A stretch of 64,000 nt of DNA, from positions 128,001-192,000 of the forward strand of contig JAHQWJ010000120.1 of NCBI GenBank assembly GCA_029856125.1, given 5' to 3'. Under the pieces are notes generated by a model. The model ran no database searches. It saw only the letters and a list, made by a program, of their open reading frames with translations, and had not been told where the DNA came from. Both the position numbers and the translations under genes were made by a program. Positions 42,221 through 50,474 of the stretch are shown piece by piece (position 1 is the stretch's first letter; each line of letters begins with the position of its first letter). This DNA is from Promethearchaeia archaeon. Its GTDB lineage: Archaea; Asgardarchaeota; Lokiarchaeia; Sigyniarchaeales; SOKP01.

Positions 42221-43471
42221 ATGGCCCTTAATCCTTTTGAAATGGCAAAAAAGCAGATTGATATTGTAGCAGAAGAGATGGATTTAGATCCAAATATTCT
42301 TCCGTTTTTAAAAAGAATAGAACGTTCTTTAATAGTTTCTATTCCAATTATGATGGATGATGGTACTATAAAAATTTTTGAAGGTTATAGGGTTCATCAT
42401 TCAACAATCAGAGGCCCTGGGAAAGGTGGTTTACGATATTCTCTAGGTGTTAATCTTGACGAAGTTAAAGCTTTAGCAATATGGATGACATGGAAAACGA
42501 GTCTTTTAAACTTGCCTTTAGGGGGCGCTAAAGGTGGTGTATGCGTTGATCCTTTTAAACTGTCAAAAAATGAGTTAGAACGTCTTACAAGAAGGTTTAC
42601 TGCTGAAATTATTAATATCATAGGACCAGATATTGATATTCCAGCTCCAGATGTAAATACTAACCCACAAATTATGGCTTGGATAATGGATACATATAGC
42701 ATGCAAAAAGGACGAACAATTACTGGCGTTGTAACTGGAAAACCAGTTGAAATTGGCGGTTCTGTTGGCAGAGCAAATGCTACTGGAATGGGCTTGTATT
42801 TTGTACTCCAAGCTATGGTTGAAAAACTAAGCTTAGACTTAAAGTCCTTGAAGATTGTAATTCAAGGATTTGGTAATGTAGGAGGTTCGATTGCCGATCT
42901 ACTTTATAAACACGGATGTAAAGTTATTGCCCTCTCAGATATATCAACGGGTATTTACTACGAAGATGGATTAGATATAGAAAAATTATTAGCATGGGCT
43001 AAACAAGGTAATTTATTAAAAGATTATAAAAACGATAAGTATAAGCTTATTGATAATGACGAGTTACTTACATTAAAATGTGATGTATTAATCCCTGCAG
43101 CTATAGAAAATCAAATAACTGAAAAGAATGCGGAGAAAATAGACTGTAAAATCGTTTTGGAGGGTGCAAATGGTCCTACAACACCAGAAGCAGATAAAAT
43201 TTTGAATAAGAAGGAAATTTATGTTGTACCCGACATTCTCGCCAATAGTGGTGGGGTTTGCGTCTCTTACTTCGAATATGTCCAAGATATTAATTCGTAT
43301 TTCTGGAAACTTGATCGTATTAATGAAGAGCTTAAAAGAATTATAATTGAAGCCTTTGAAGAAACATATAAAATATCAGAAGAGAAGCACATTTCTCTTA
43401 GAACTGCAGCTTACATCATCGCTGTGTCAAGAATTGCTAAAGCAATTGAGTTAAGAGGAATTTTCCCTTAA
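42221..43471 (+). CDS. gdhA: Glutamate dehydrogenase (copy 3)
   Basis: GPGKGG, MTWK, GGAKGG, PAPDV, GRANATG, GFGNVG, EGANGP. Confidence 0.95.
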   Translation: MALNPFEMAKKQIDIVAEEMDLDPNILPFLKRIERSLIVSIPIMMDDGTIKIFEGYRVHHSTIRGPGKGGLRYSLGVNLDEVKALAIWMTWKTSLLNLPLGGAKGGVCVDPFKLSKNELERLTRRFTAEIINIIGPDIDIPAPDVNTNPQIMAWIMDTYSMQKGRTITGVVTGKPVEIGGSVGRANATGMGLYFVLQAMVEKLSLDLKSLKIVIQGFGNVGGSIADLLYKHGCKVIALSDISTGIYYEDGLDIEKLLAWAKQGNLLKDYKNDKYKLIDNDELLTLKCDVLIPAAIENQITEKNAEKIDCKIVLEGANGPTTPEADKILNKKEIYVVPDILANSGGVCVSYFEYVQDINSYFWKLDRINEELKRIIIEAFEETYKISEEKHISLRTAAYIIAVSRIAKAIELRGIFP

Positions 43472-43499
43472 ATTACTTTTTTTTAATTACATTTTCTTT

Positions 43500-44819
43500 T
43501 TACGAAGTAAAGGGAATTAGGATTAACAAATAAAGGCATGAAATTCCAATATGAATAAAAGCAAAAATCGCTCCTGTTTTTAACAACCTTTTAAAACCTA
43601 AGTTTTCAACCCCACTATCTTTAGCAACTTTAAGAGTCATCATATCTGCTGCTGCACCGCTAGGTAAGATGTTTCCGCCTATATTTATAGCAACGATAAA
43701 AGCAAATAATAGAGGTATTGCTGGAAATGTAAATTCCTCTATTAAAACTTCAATAATTGGTAAAAAAATCAATGCTATTGGCGTGTTTGCTATAAAACCA
43801 GAAAGCAGGCTAACAAGAATAAGAATTATAAATACCGTTAATATCGGACCAAATGCCTCGAAAGGAATCAACCCAATTATGTCTCTAAACCCCGCTTGCA
43901 ACATGCAATTAATAACGACATACATGGAAATGAAAAAGAATATTATTTCCCATTCTACGTCCTTTAAGATTTTTCCCATTGGTTTCTTAGTATACTTTCT
44001 ATTAACTAAAACTAGTATTACTGCTGAAAGTGCTGCTGTAAGATATAATAATGGTAAAGCGACAAATAATGTAATTGTAACGAGTATAGCAACGCTATTA
44101 AAGTAAAACATTGTTTTATTTTTGATCACAACATCTGTGCTTATTAGTTCTAACACGTACTCTCTCTGTTGCTCTTTAATTTTTGGCTCTTTTGAAAGCA
44201 TTAATTTATCTATTAAGAATATGGTTAAAAACAACAATGCAAAAGAGAAAACCCAGAAATACCGGAAAAAAAAGACTGTATCAAGACCAAACCAAGTAGA
44301 AATAATGATATTCTCCCCACTTGAGAAGGGCGTAATAATAGAACCTATATTAATACAAATCGTCATTCCTAATAAGTAAGTTCCCGCTCTTATTTTTAAA
44401 AAATGACAAAGGCGAACAACTACAGGTGCTAAAATAATAACCACGACTACGTCACTGATAACGGCTGCTAATAATGTAGTAATAACACAAATTAGATAAA
44501 AAAAATACCGTTGATTTCCTTTTGAGATTTTAAAAATTTTTACGGCTAAATATTCTAATACGTTTGAATCTTGAGCAATTTTAGATATAATACTCATACT
44601 CAATATAATTATTATTGCTTGCCATTCAATAGATAATACGAAATTATCAAACCAACTTTCAAAACTTAATGGTACCTCCAATACCAAACCAGTAACAAAC
44701 GCAGCTACGAACATGCATATGAGGGATATTGCTACGAAATCTACATCTTTTATAGAGTAACTTACAATAATTAATGCAAAGACAATAAAAACGAAAATAA
44801 GTAGAGGAAGATTAATCAT
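43500..44819 (-). CDS. ArsB/NhaD/SLC13-type ion transporter permease
   Basis: About 12 TM; NIGSIITP..N and SGFIANTP..NIGGN repeats. Confidence 0.85.
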   Translation of the reverse strand: MINLPLLIFVFIVFALIIVSYSIKDVDFVAISLICMFVAAFVTGLVLEVPLSFESWFDNFVLSIEWQAIIIILSMSIISKIAQDSNVLEYLAVKIFKISKGNQRYFFYLICVITTLLAAVISDVVVVIILAPVVVRLCHFLKIRAGTYLLGMTICINIGSIITPFSSGENIIISTWFGLDTVFFFRYFWVFSFALLFLTIFLIDKLMLSKEPKIKEQQREYVLELISTDVVIKNKTMFYFNSVAILVTITLFVALPLLYLTAALSAVILVLVNRKYTKKPMGKILKDVEWEIIFFFISMYVVINCMLQAGFRDIIGLIPFEAFGPILTVFIILILVSLLSGFIANTPIALIFLPIIEVLIEEFTFPAIPLLFAFIVAINIGGNILPSGAAADMMTLKVAKDSGVENLGFKRLLKTGAIFAFIHIGISCLYLLILIPFTS

Positions 44820-44936
44820 TCTCTAAATTATGATGTTAGTTTTATATTAATATTGTTTAATAAAGTGTTTTTAATAAATCTAATTATAATACATTTTCAA
44901 GGTTTTTAGAATGCAAAAACTAATTCCTAGAAAAAA

Positions 44937-45785
44937 TTATTTAAATAGAAAAAGTTGTAGAAGAAATTTAAATAGGTTTAGTTCGCTTAATAATGTTAAG
45001 TTTGAAATTAGATATTCAAAAACATTCTCTTCAATAAAATAGTGTAAAGTTACAAAATAACCTTCTTCTTGCTTTATTTTATTTACAAGCCGAGTAATAA
45101 GATTGATTACTTGTTTTTCTACTACAATCATATCACAGTTTGCCGGATTTATGTTGATAATATTTATACCAGAAACGCGACTAAACGAGATTTTACTTAA
45201 TTCTGGATTATTTTGAACATATTGGTGATTCAGATAATTATTAAACATAGATTCGATCTGATCGTAAATGTTCTCTTTTTTCTCGGTTATAAAATGGCCT
45301 TCAATTACATTAACGAGTAAATTTAGAATCTGTTGGAAGACGCCTAATATATCAAAATATTCTGCAATCGTTGATATATTTTCAGCGGTTAACCACTGGG
45401 AGTAATACTCATCGATAGTGTCTTTGAATGGGCTGAAATGTTCAGTGTTTCCTTTCCATAAGCTTTTCCATTCGTCTCTATTATCAGAAACAAACTGTTC
45501 TATGAATGAATGCTTGATAATGTTAAGTCGGGCTTTTAACATGTTTGAACTGATGTTTTTTTCTGAAGTTGCAACAAATAATAAGTTTGCATCTTTTTCC
45601 TCTAAATATGACCATCTTAGGCCACCCATTTCGATGCTTTCTATCCCTTCTTTTAACTCGTAGGTCGTAAACTGGTTAAGAGCGGCTAATAAACCACTAA
45701 TAAGATCCTCATCTATTGGTAGATCCATATATGCCTTGTATAACAACGTAATACCGCTTTCTGAATCAAGAACCCAAATATTCAT
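44937..45785 (-). CDS. Longin-like domain protein (Asgard type)
   Basis: IWVLDSESGITL..DEDLISGLLAALNQF..IESIEM..LLFV pattern, followed by a helical C-terminal part. Confidence 0.7.
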   Translation of the reverse strand: MNIWVLDSESGITLLYKAYMDLPIDEDLISGLLAALNQFTTYELKEGIESIEMGGLRWSYLEEKDANLLFVATSEKNISSNMLKARLNIIKHSFIEQFVSDNRDEWKSLWKGNTEHFSPFKDTIDEYYSQWLTAENISTIAEYFDILGVFQQILNLLVNVIEGHFITEKKENIYDQIESMFNNYLNHQYVQNNPELSKISFSRVSGINIININPANCDMIVVEKQVINLITRLVNKIKQEEGYFVTLHYFIEENVFEYLISNLTLLSELNLFKFLLQLFLFK

Positions 45786-45870
45786 AATAAACCATGTTTT
45801 TAGAAATTACATTTAGATATATAAAAGCCCGCTTTAATAAATGATTATTTTTATATAAAATTTTTATTCA

Positions 45871-46365
45871 TCACAAAAAATCTTTCAAATCTTTGGCTTT
45901 GCAATACTTTTCAATATTCCTTAACATTTCAGAGATTTTATTTTGTAGAACTAATTCACTTACGCCGGCTATGCTACGTAAGACATCGCTACTCATCGTA
46001 AAAATTTCTACAAAAACCCCCACTTTTGATTTATTGGGAGATAGTGGTTTGATGCGTATTCTTCCTTCCAATTCTCGGATATCTTTATTATTTCTCACAT
46101 TAAATTCGATTAGATGTCCTTTACCTGGATCATGCCCCTTATCAGAAAGTATCAATTCTCCTTCCATTTCGATTGGAATTTTTATTAAGTCTACCTCATC
46201 GTATATTTTGGTATATAGTACATTTGGGGCAGTAAATTTTGCTTCCATTTTCTTGGAAGGGTTAATTTCTTCCCAAAATTCTGCTACATAGAGTGCTTTA
46301 AGGAGATCATTATCATTACAGTTATCTATTTCTAAAACTTTCGAGATTTTGGCCGTAATTTTCAC
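45871..46365 (-). CDS. SRPBCC/START-like (CoxG-like) protein
   Basis: Helix-W-x-x-INP, beta meander and long C-terminal helix. Confidence 0.5.
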   Translation of the reverse strand: MKITAKISKVLEIDNCNDNDLLKALYVAEFWEEINPSKKMEAKFTAPNVLYTKIYDEVDLIKIPIEMEGELILSDKGHDPGKGHLIEFNVRNNKDIRELEGRIRIKPLSPNKSKVGVFVEIFTMSSDVLRSIAGVSELVLQNKISEMLRNIEKYCKAKDLKDFL

Positions 46366-46449
46366 CTTATTTTATATTGAGTATGATTTACTAATAAAAA
46401 TCGAAAGTTTTTAACTTTTTATGTTAATGAATACAAAAGTTAGAATGGT

Positions 46450-46519
46450 AGCCTCAGACTTCCTCTTGATTATTTCATCTTTTAGACATTAAATCATTTT
46501 TAGTTTGTCATCATTGGCT
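46450..46519 (-). ncRNA. Probable C/D-box guide sRNA
   Basis: Minus strand AGCC-A-AUGAUGA (C box)...CUGA (D box)-GGCU, with 4-bp terminal stem and internal D'/C'-like AUGA or CUAA..AGAUGA; 70 nt, intergenic. Confidence 0.65.
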
Positions 46520-46574
46520 CTTGAGCAAATTTTTATAACTTAAAAAATCAGAATGATTTCAATTTTACTATAAT

Positions 46575-46775
46575 TTATTGGTCACGAAATAGCATGCTTT
46601 TACTTAGATTTCGTTCTTCTTTACAATTGGGACATATCCAAGTTGCATCGTTTTTCTTTATCGAATTTATGCACACATCACATACAAACGTGTCGCAAAT
46701 GCAGTAATAGCATCTATCTAGTATATTTTCACAGTTTTTTCCACATATGTAACAATTTGGAGGATTTTTAGACAT
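46575..46775 (-). CDS. Stand-alone C4C4 RING-like Zn-finger protein
   Basis: C-x2-C-x13-C-x-C-x4-C-x2-C-x12-C-P-x-C. Confidence 0.8.
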   Translation of the reverse strand: MSKNPPNCYICGKNCENILDRCYYCICDTFVCDVCINSIKKNDATWICPNCKEERNLSKSMLFRDQ

Positions 46776-46857
46776 ATTTATAGTACGATTTAAATTCTTT
46801 TATAATATGCATTATTATGTTTATTATTAATTAAATTTAACAACATTTCTGGACATA

Positions 46858-47043
46858 ATGGATAAACTTAGGTCACGAATTCAACTACTCTCCCTTCTGA
46901 TAATTTTTTTTATATATAGAGCGATTTCAGCCATAATTTACAATAATTTTCCAGAATTTACCCTTTGGTTGCTGATCTCTATAATTTACGCGATCTCTCT
47001 TATAGTTTTATATGTAGTTTTTAAACAGAGAGATAAGCTTTAA
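46858..47043 (+). CDS. Small 2-TM membrane protein
   Basis: Two hydrophobic helices with charged ends. Confidence 0.6.
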   Translation: MDKLRSRIQLLSLLIIFFIYRAISAIIYNNFPEFTLWLLISIIYAISLIVLYVVFKQRDKL

Positions 47044-47098
47044 ATTTATTCCTTGCGAGATTAAAAATAGGCGAATCTATATTTAGAGTCGTTTTGGT

Positions 47099-47368
47099 TC
47101 ATTTACTTTTTTTTTTAAAAATGTCAGGTATTAAACCTTCTATTCCTAAGCTTTTTAATACGCTATCCCTAACATCAACTTGTACTCTCATGTTTTGCAT
47201 TACTTTTAATGTATCTCCTAAAGTTTTTGAGAAAGTATCGCTCATTTCCTTAATAGTGTCTGACGTTAGTTTTAGAGATTCCCGTATTGCTAAGTTAGTT
47301 TCATGCAATTCAGCTGTTAACTTTTCCATTGTCTTTCTCATTTCAGAGAGTTCTTCTTTCAGTCCCAT
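47099..47368 (-). CDS. Small coiled-coil protein
   Basis: Heptad-like N-terminal 60 aa, basic tail. Confidence 0.7.
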   Translation of the reverse strand: MGLKEELSEMRKTMEKLTAELHETNLAIRESLKLTSDTIKEMSDTFSKTLGDTLKVMQNMRVQVDVRDSVLKSLGIEGLIPDIFKKKSK

Positions 47369-47535
47369 TTATACTCAAGATTACTAATTATTTTAATAAT
47401 CTTCTTAAAGTAGGTTTGATTTAAAGTTTTTTTTATCCGAGAGTCTATTTAGTAATATTATCAAATATAATCAACTAGTCTTTTAAGAATCTGTTATTAT
47501 ATAAAATCAATAATAAGAAGAAACTTGTGAATATA

Positions 47536-47682
47536 ATGTCGGAATGGAAAAACAGAGTTAAAAAGCCAGTTTCAAACGAGACTTACTGTACGGGCTGAAG
47601 TATGGTTGATGGTTTTATACAAATAATCAATTCATTAAAACAAAAACGTAAAGAAAAAAAAGCAAAAACAACAATAAAATAA
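47536..47682 (+). CDS. Candidate UGA-recoded (Sec) microprotein A, CxxU
   Basis: MSEWKNRVKKPVSNETYCTG-TGA(47596)-SMVDGFIQIINSLKQKRKEKKAKTTIK-TAA; TTATATAA at 47497 and GTGA at 47527 upstream. Confidence 0.55.
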
Positions 47683-47686
47683 AAGA

Positions 47687-47749
47687 AATCTCATAGATTA
47701 AATCAAAAATATTAGGATTTCATCTAAAGTTCTGCAGGAACTCGAGATT
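47687..47749 (+). ncRNA. Three-way-junction 3'UTR RNA element, copy 1
   Basis: P1 AAUCUC/GAGAUU; P2 AGAUUAAAUC/GAUUUCAUCU; P3 AGUUCU-GCA-GGAACU. Confidence 0.65.
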
Positions 47750-47882
47750 CTACCAAAATTTTAGGTAAAGAAATTTTATGAACAACAATAATAGCCTTCT
47801 AGAACCTTATTTTTTATAAAACACACCCTTAATAGGCTTATTTTTTCTATTATACATAATAGTGTAATAGTGATTAAAACTT

Positions 47883-48023
47883 ATGTCTGAAGAAGAAAAC
47901 GAATTTGATTTCGGTTTTGATGATGATTGTTATCAAACCAGTTGATCTCTAATCAATATGTGGTATTTAAGAGCCTTAAAATTACGCAAAACTGAAGAAA
48001 AAAAACACAAACCTAAGAATTAA
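47883..48023 (+). CDS. Candidate UGA-recoded (Sec) microprotein B
   Basis: MSEEENEFDFGFDDDCYQTS-TGA(47943)-SLINMWYLRALKLRKTEEKKHKPKN-TAA; TTATACAT at 47850 and GTGA at 47870 upstream. Confidence 0.55.
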
Positions 48024-48030
48024 ACAAATA

Positions 48031-48096
48031 AATCTCGATGGTCAAGTCGTTAAATGGTAGGATTTGATCAATAAGGTCCTCGCAAGGACTTGAGAT
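48031..48096 (+). ncRNA. Three-way-junction 3'UTR RNA element, copy 2
   Basis: P1 AUCUC/GAGAU; P2 GGUCAAGUC/GAUUUGAUC; P3 GGUCCU-CGCA-AGGACU. Confidence 0.65.
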
Positions 48097-48146
48097 AAAA
48101 CAACTTTTTTTTCTGAATTACCTCATTATTTTTATTTAAATAGACG

Positions 48147-49511
48147 TTAAACCGGTTTTTTAGCACCTTCTCCGACTTTCCGGTAAGTGAAGCCTTTGTC
48201 TTCAACAGTTTTTTTATCAAATATGTTTCTTCCATCTATAATAATTGGAGTATTTACTCTTTTTTTAAGATCATCCAAATCTATATCATAATATACAGAA
48301 TGATTCGTAGTAAAAAGCAAAACATCTGCTTTATCAACCGCTTCGTTGAAATCACTTGTAAGATCAGTTAGGCTATAATCTCGCTTTTTTACATAAGGAT
48401 CGTGTGCTACATAGACGATATTGTGTGAATGATATCGTGCTTTTAAGATTTTTACAATATTTTCCGTTGGGGTATTTCGCGTATCGTCAGTATTTGCCTT
48501 GTAAGACACCCCTAAAAGAGTAATTTTAATGTTGTCGACTAGCTGATGCGAATCTCTAAATACATTCTCCATCAACTCAATCATATGATATGGCATGTAA
48601 TCGTTTAGTTTTCTCGAGTCAGGAATTATTTTCATTTTCGATTCGTTAATTCTTTCGGTATATTTGTTAAAACCGTAGAGTAAGAGCCAAGGATCCTTCG
48701 TGAGACAATGACCTCCTACTCCTGAACCGGGATAATGCATCATTCTGTCATGACGGTGATTGATTAAAGTGATAATTTCGAATACATTTCTATTAAAATC
48801 CTCACACAATAAAGCCATTTCATTTGCAAATGCGATATTTACGTCCCTATATGCATTTTCTATGCATTTTGTTAGTTCTGCTGTAAGCGTGTCTGTTCCT
48901 TGTAGTTCTTTTTTAACCACCTTACCGTATAAAAATTTACCTTTTTCATTGGCTTCTTCGCATCCACCTCCTATTACGCGAGGAAAATCCGTAATATATT
49001 CAATTAATTTTCCTGGCATAACTCTTTCAAACGAAAACACTAGATAAAAATCAGAACCTCTTTGTAGTCCACTTTCTTCCTCCAATATTGATTGAACAAT
49101 GTTATCTGTTGTTCCAGGGGCAACCGTAGATTCAACTATTACTGTAGCTCCTTTTTTTATATGTTTGGCAATTTTTTTGGATACTTCTTTTAAAGACGCA
49201 TACCTTGGAACTTTTTCGTCATCAACAGGAGTTTGAACATCGATCAATATGAAATCAGCAGCGCTTACATCATCGTAATTATCAGTAACTTTGAATTTTC
49301 CTGCTTTTACCACTCTCTCTATTAGTTCATCTAAACCAGGTTCTTCTCCCTCGTAAGGATTCTTACCGTTATTAAGCCAGTCAATTTTCCATGCTGATCT
49401 GTGTGATCTCCTCTGAATTCCTGTAACATAGAAGTCATCAACGTCAGCTAAAAGTGCTGCCATAGGAATCCCAACATATCCCATTCCAATTACTACTATA
49501 TTTGTTGCCAT
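48147..49511 (-). CDS. Nucleotide-sugar (UDP-glucose/UDP-ManNAc-type) dehydrogenase
   Basis: GMGYVG, VESTVAPGTT, AELTK..EN, GVGGHC, YKANTDDTR, DGRN. Confidence 0.93.
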   Translation of the reverse strand: MATNIVVIGMGYVGIPMAALLADVDDFYVTGIQRRSHRSAWKIDWLNNGKNPYEGEEPGLDELIERVVKAGKFKVTDNYDDVSAADFILIDVQTPVDDEKVPRYASLKEVSKKIAKHIKKGATVIVESTVAPGTTDNIVQSILEEESGLQRGSDFYLVFSFERVMPGKLIEYITDFPRVIGGGCEEANEKGKFLYGKVVKKELQGTDTLTAELTKCIENAYRDVNIAFANEMALLCEDFNRNVFEIITLINHRHDRMMHYPGSGVGGHCLTKDPWLLLYGFNKYTERINESKMKIIPDSRKLNDYMPYHMIELMENVFRDSHQLVDNIKITLLGVSYKANTDDTRNTPTENIVKILKARYHSHNIVYVAHDPYVKKRDYSLTDLTSDFNEAVDKADVLLFTTNHSVYYDIDLDDLKKRVNTPIIIDGRNIFDKKTVEDKGFTYRKVGEGAKKPV

Positions 49512-49645
49512 TTTCTTAAATTAAAATTGATTTATATTTCTACATTAATGAATTAACAATGAAATAAATGGATCATAATTCAAAAAATTATAGATCAAAA
49601 AGTTAAAAGAAAAAAGAAAAGAAGTTAATTATTTGTTTTTTACAA

Positions 49646-50317
49646 TTACTTCGGCTTTTTCTTATAGGAACTACCTTTTACGGCCTTAAATATAAATGCC
49701 ATTATTGCCCCCGCAACAAAACCTCCCACGTGAGCAAAGTGAGCTGTTCCAGATAACTCAAACGAGAAAAATGCGTAGGTTAATTCAGCGATAAAATATG
49801 TAATAATAAAATAACTAGCAGTTACTTTACGCACTACTGTCCCCGTTGGAAGATAAAACTTATTGGAAGGGTAAAGTATCGCGTAAACAGCCATTAGACC
49901 AAAAATCGCTCCGGACGCTCCTAATGAAGGGATAAATTGAGCTATTGTGACTCCCCATACTGGAATAAAAACCGTGCTCCAAGCGTGAAGTAAAGTGGCA
50001 AATATACCAGAGGCAAAGTACGTTATCAAATAAAAGACATGCCCCATTGCGTGTTCGCAATTATCCGTAATAACCAGAAAAAACCACATATTCATAATAA
50101 TATGCATTATATCTCCGTGCATAAACATCGAAGTAAATATTGTCCACAGTTTCTCTCCTGCAAAGAATTCAGCAGGTACAAAAGCGTATTCAATGCGCAT
50201 ATTACCTGAAGGATCCATCATTTGCCACACAAAAACTGCTATGTTCGCAATCAAAATTATTACTGAGAAGTACTGCTTAAAAAAAGAAATTTTGTCGTCA
50301 GTTGCTTCTAAAACCAT
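49646..50317 (-). CDS. Rhomboid intramembrane serine protease
   Basis: TSMFMHG..H..N, GASG catalytic Ser, AHVGG His. Confidence 0.93.
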   Translation of the reverse strand: MVLEATDDKISFFKQYFSVIILIANIAVFVWQMMDPSGNMRIEYAFVPAEFFAGEKLWTIFTSMFMHGDIMHIIMNMWFFLVITDNCEHAMGHVFYLITYFASGIFATLLHAWSTVFIPVWGVTIAQFIPSLGASGAIFGLMAVYAILYPSNKFYLPTGTVVRKVTASYFIITYFIAELTYAFFSFELSGTAHFAHVGGFVAGAIMAFIFKAVKGSSYKKKPK

Positions 50318-50474
50318 TTTATATCATCTTTTATGTATAATTCGAATAATTATTTAATATAATAAATTGATTTAACGAGTTATTTAAGGCTTGCTAAAAT
50401 AATTAATAAATAAGTAGTAAAACTTTATTCACGGAAATTAAAAATTAAAATACTAATTAATGCTTATTTAAACT

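Noticed and set aside
47915-47995. C/D-box sRNA inside microprotein B (ATGATGA..CTGA)
   Set aside because: The boxes are explained by Asp-Asp-Asp and Thr-Glu codons, there is no convincing terminal stem, and unit A has no counterpart.
47687-48096. Three-way junctions as hammerhead ribozymes
   Set aside because: The topology is similar, but neither copy has the CUGANGA and GAAA core.
47687-48096. Canonical eukaryotic or methanococcal SECIS, or tRNA
   Set aside because: No AUGA/GA kink-turn quartet, no GAA/A internal loop, and no cloverleaf or TTC loop.
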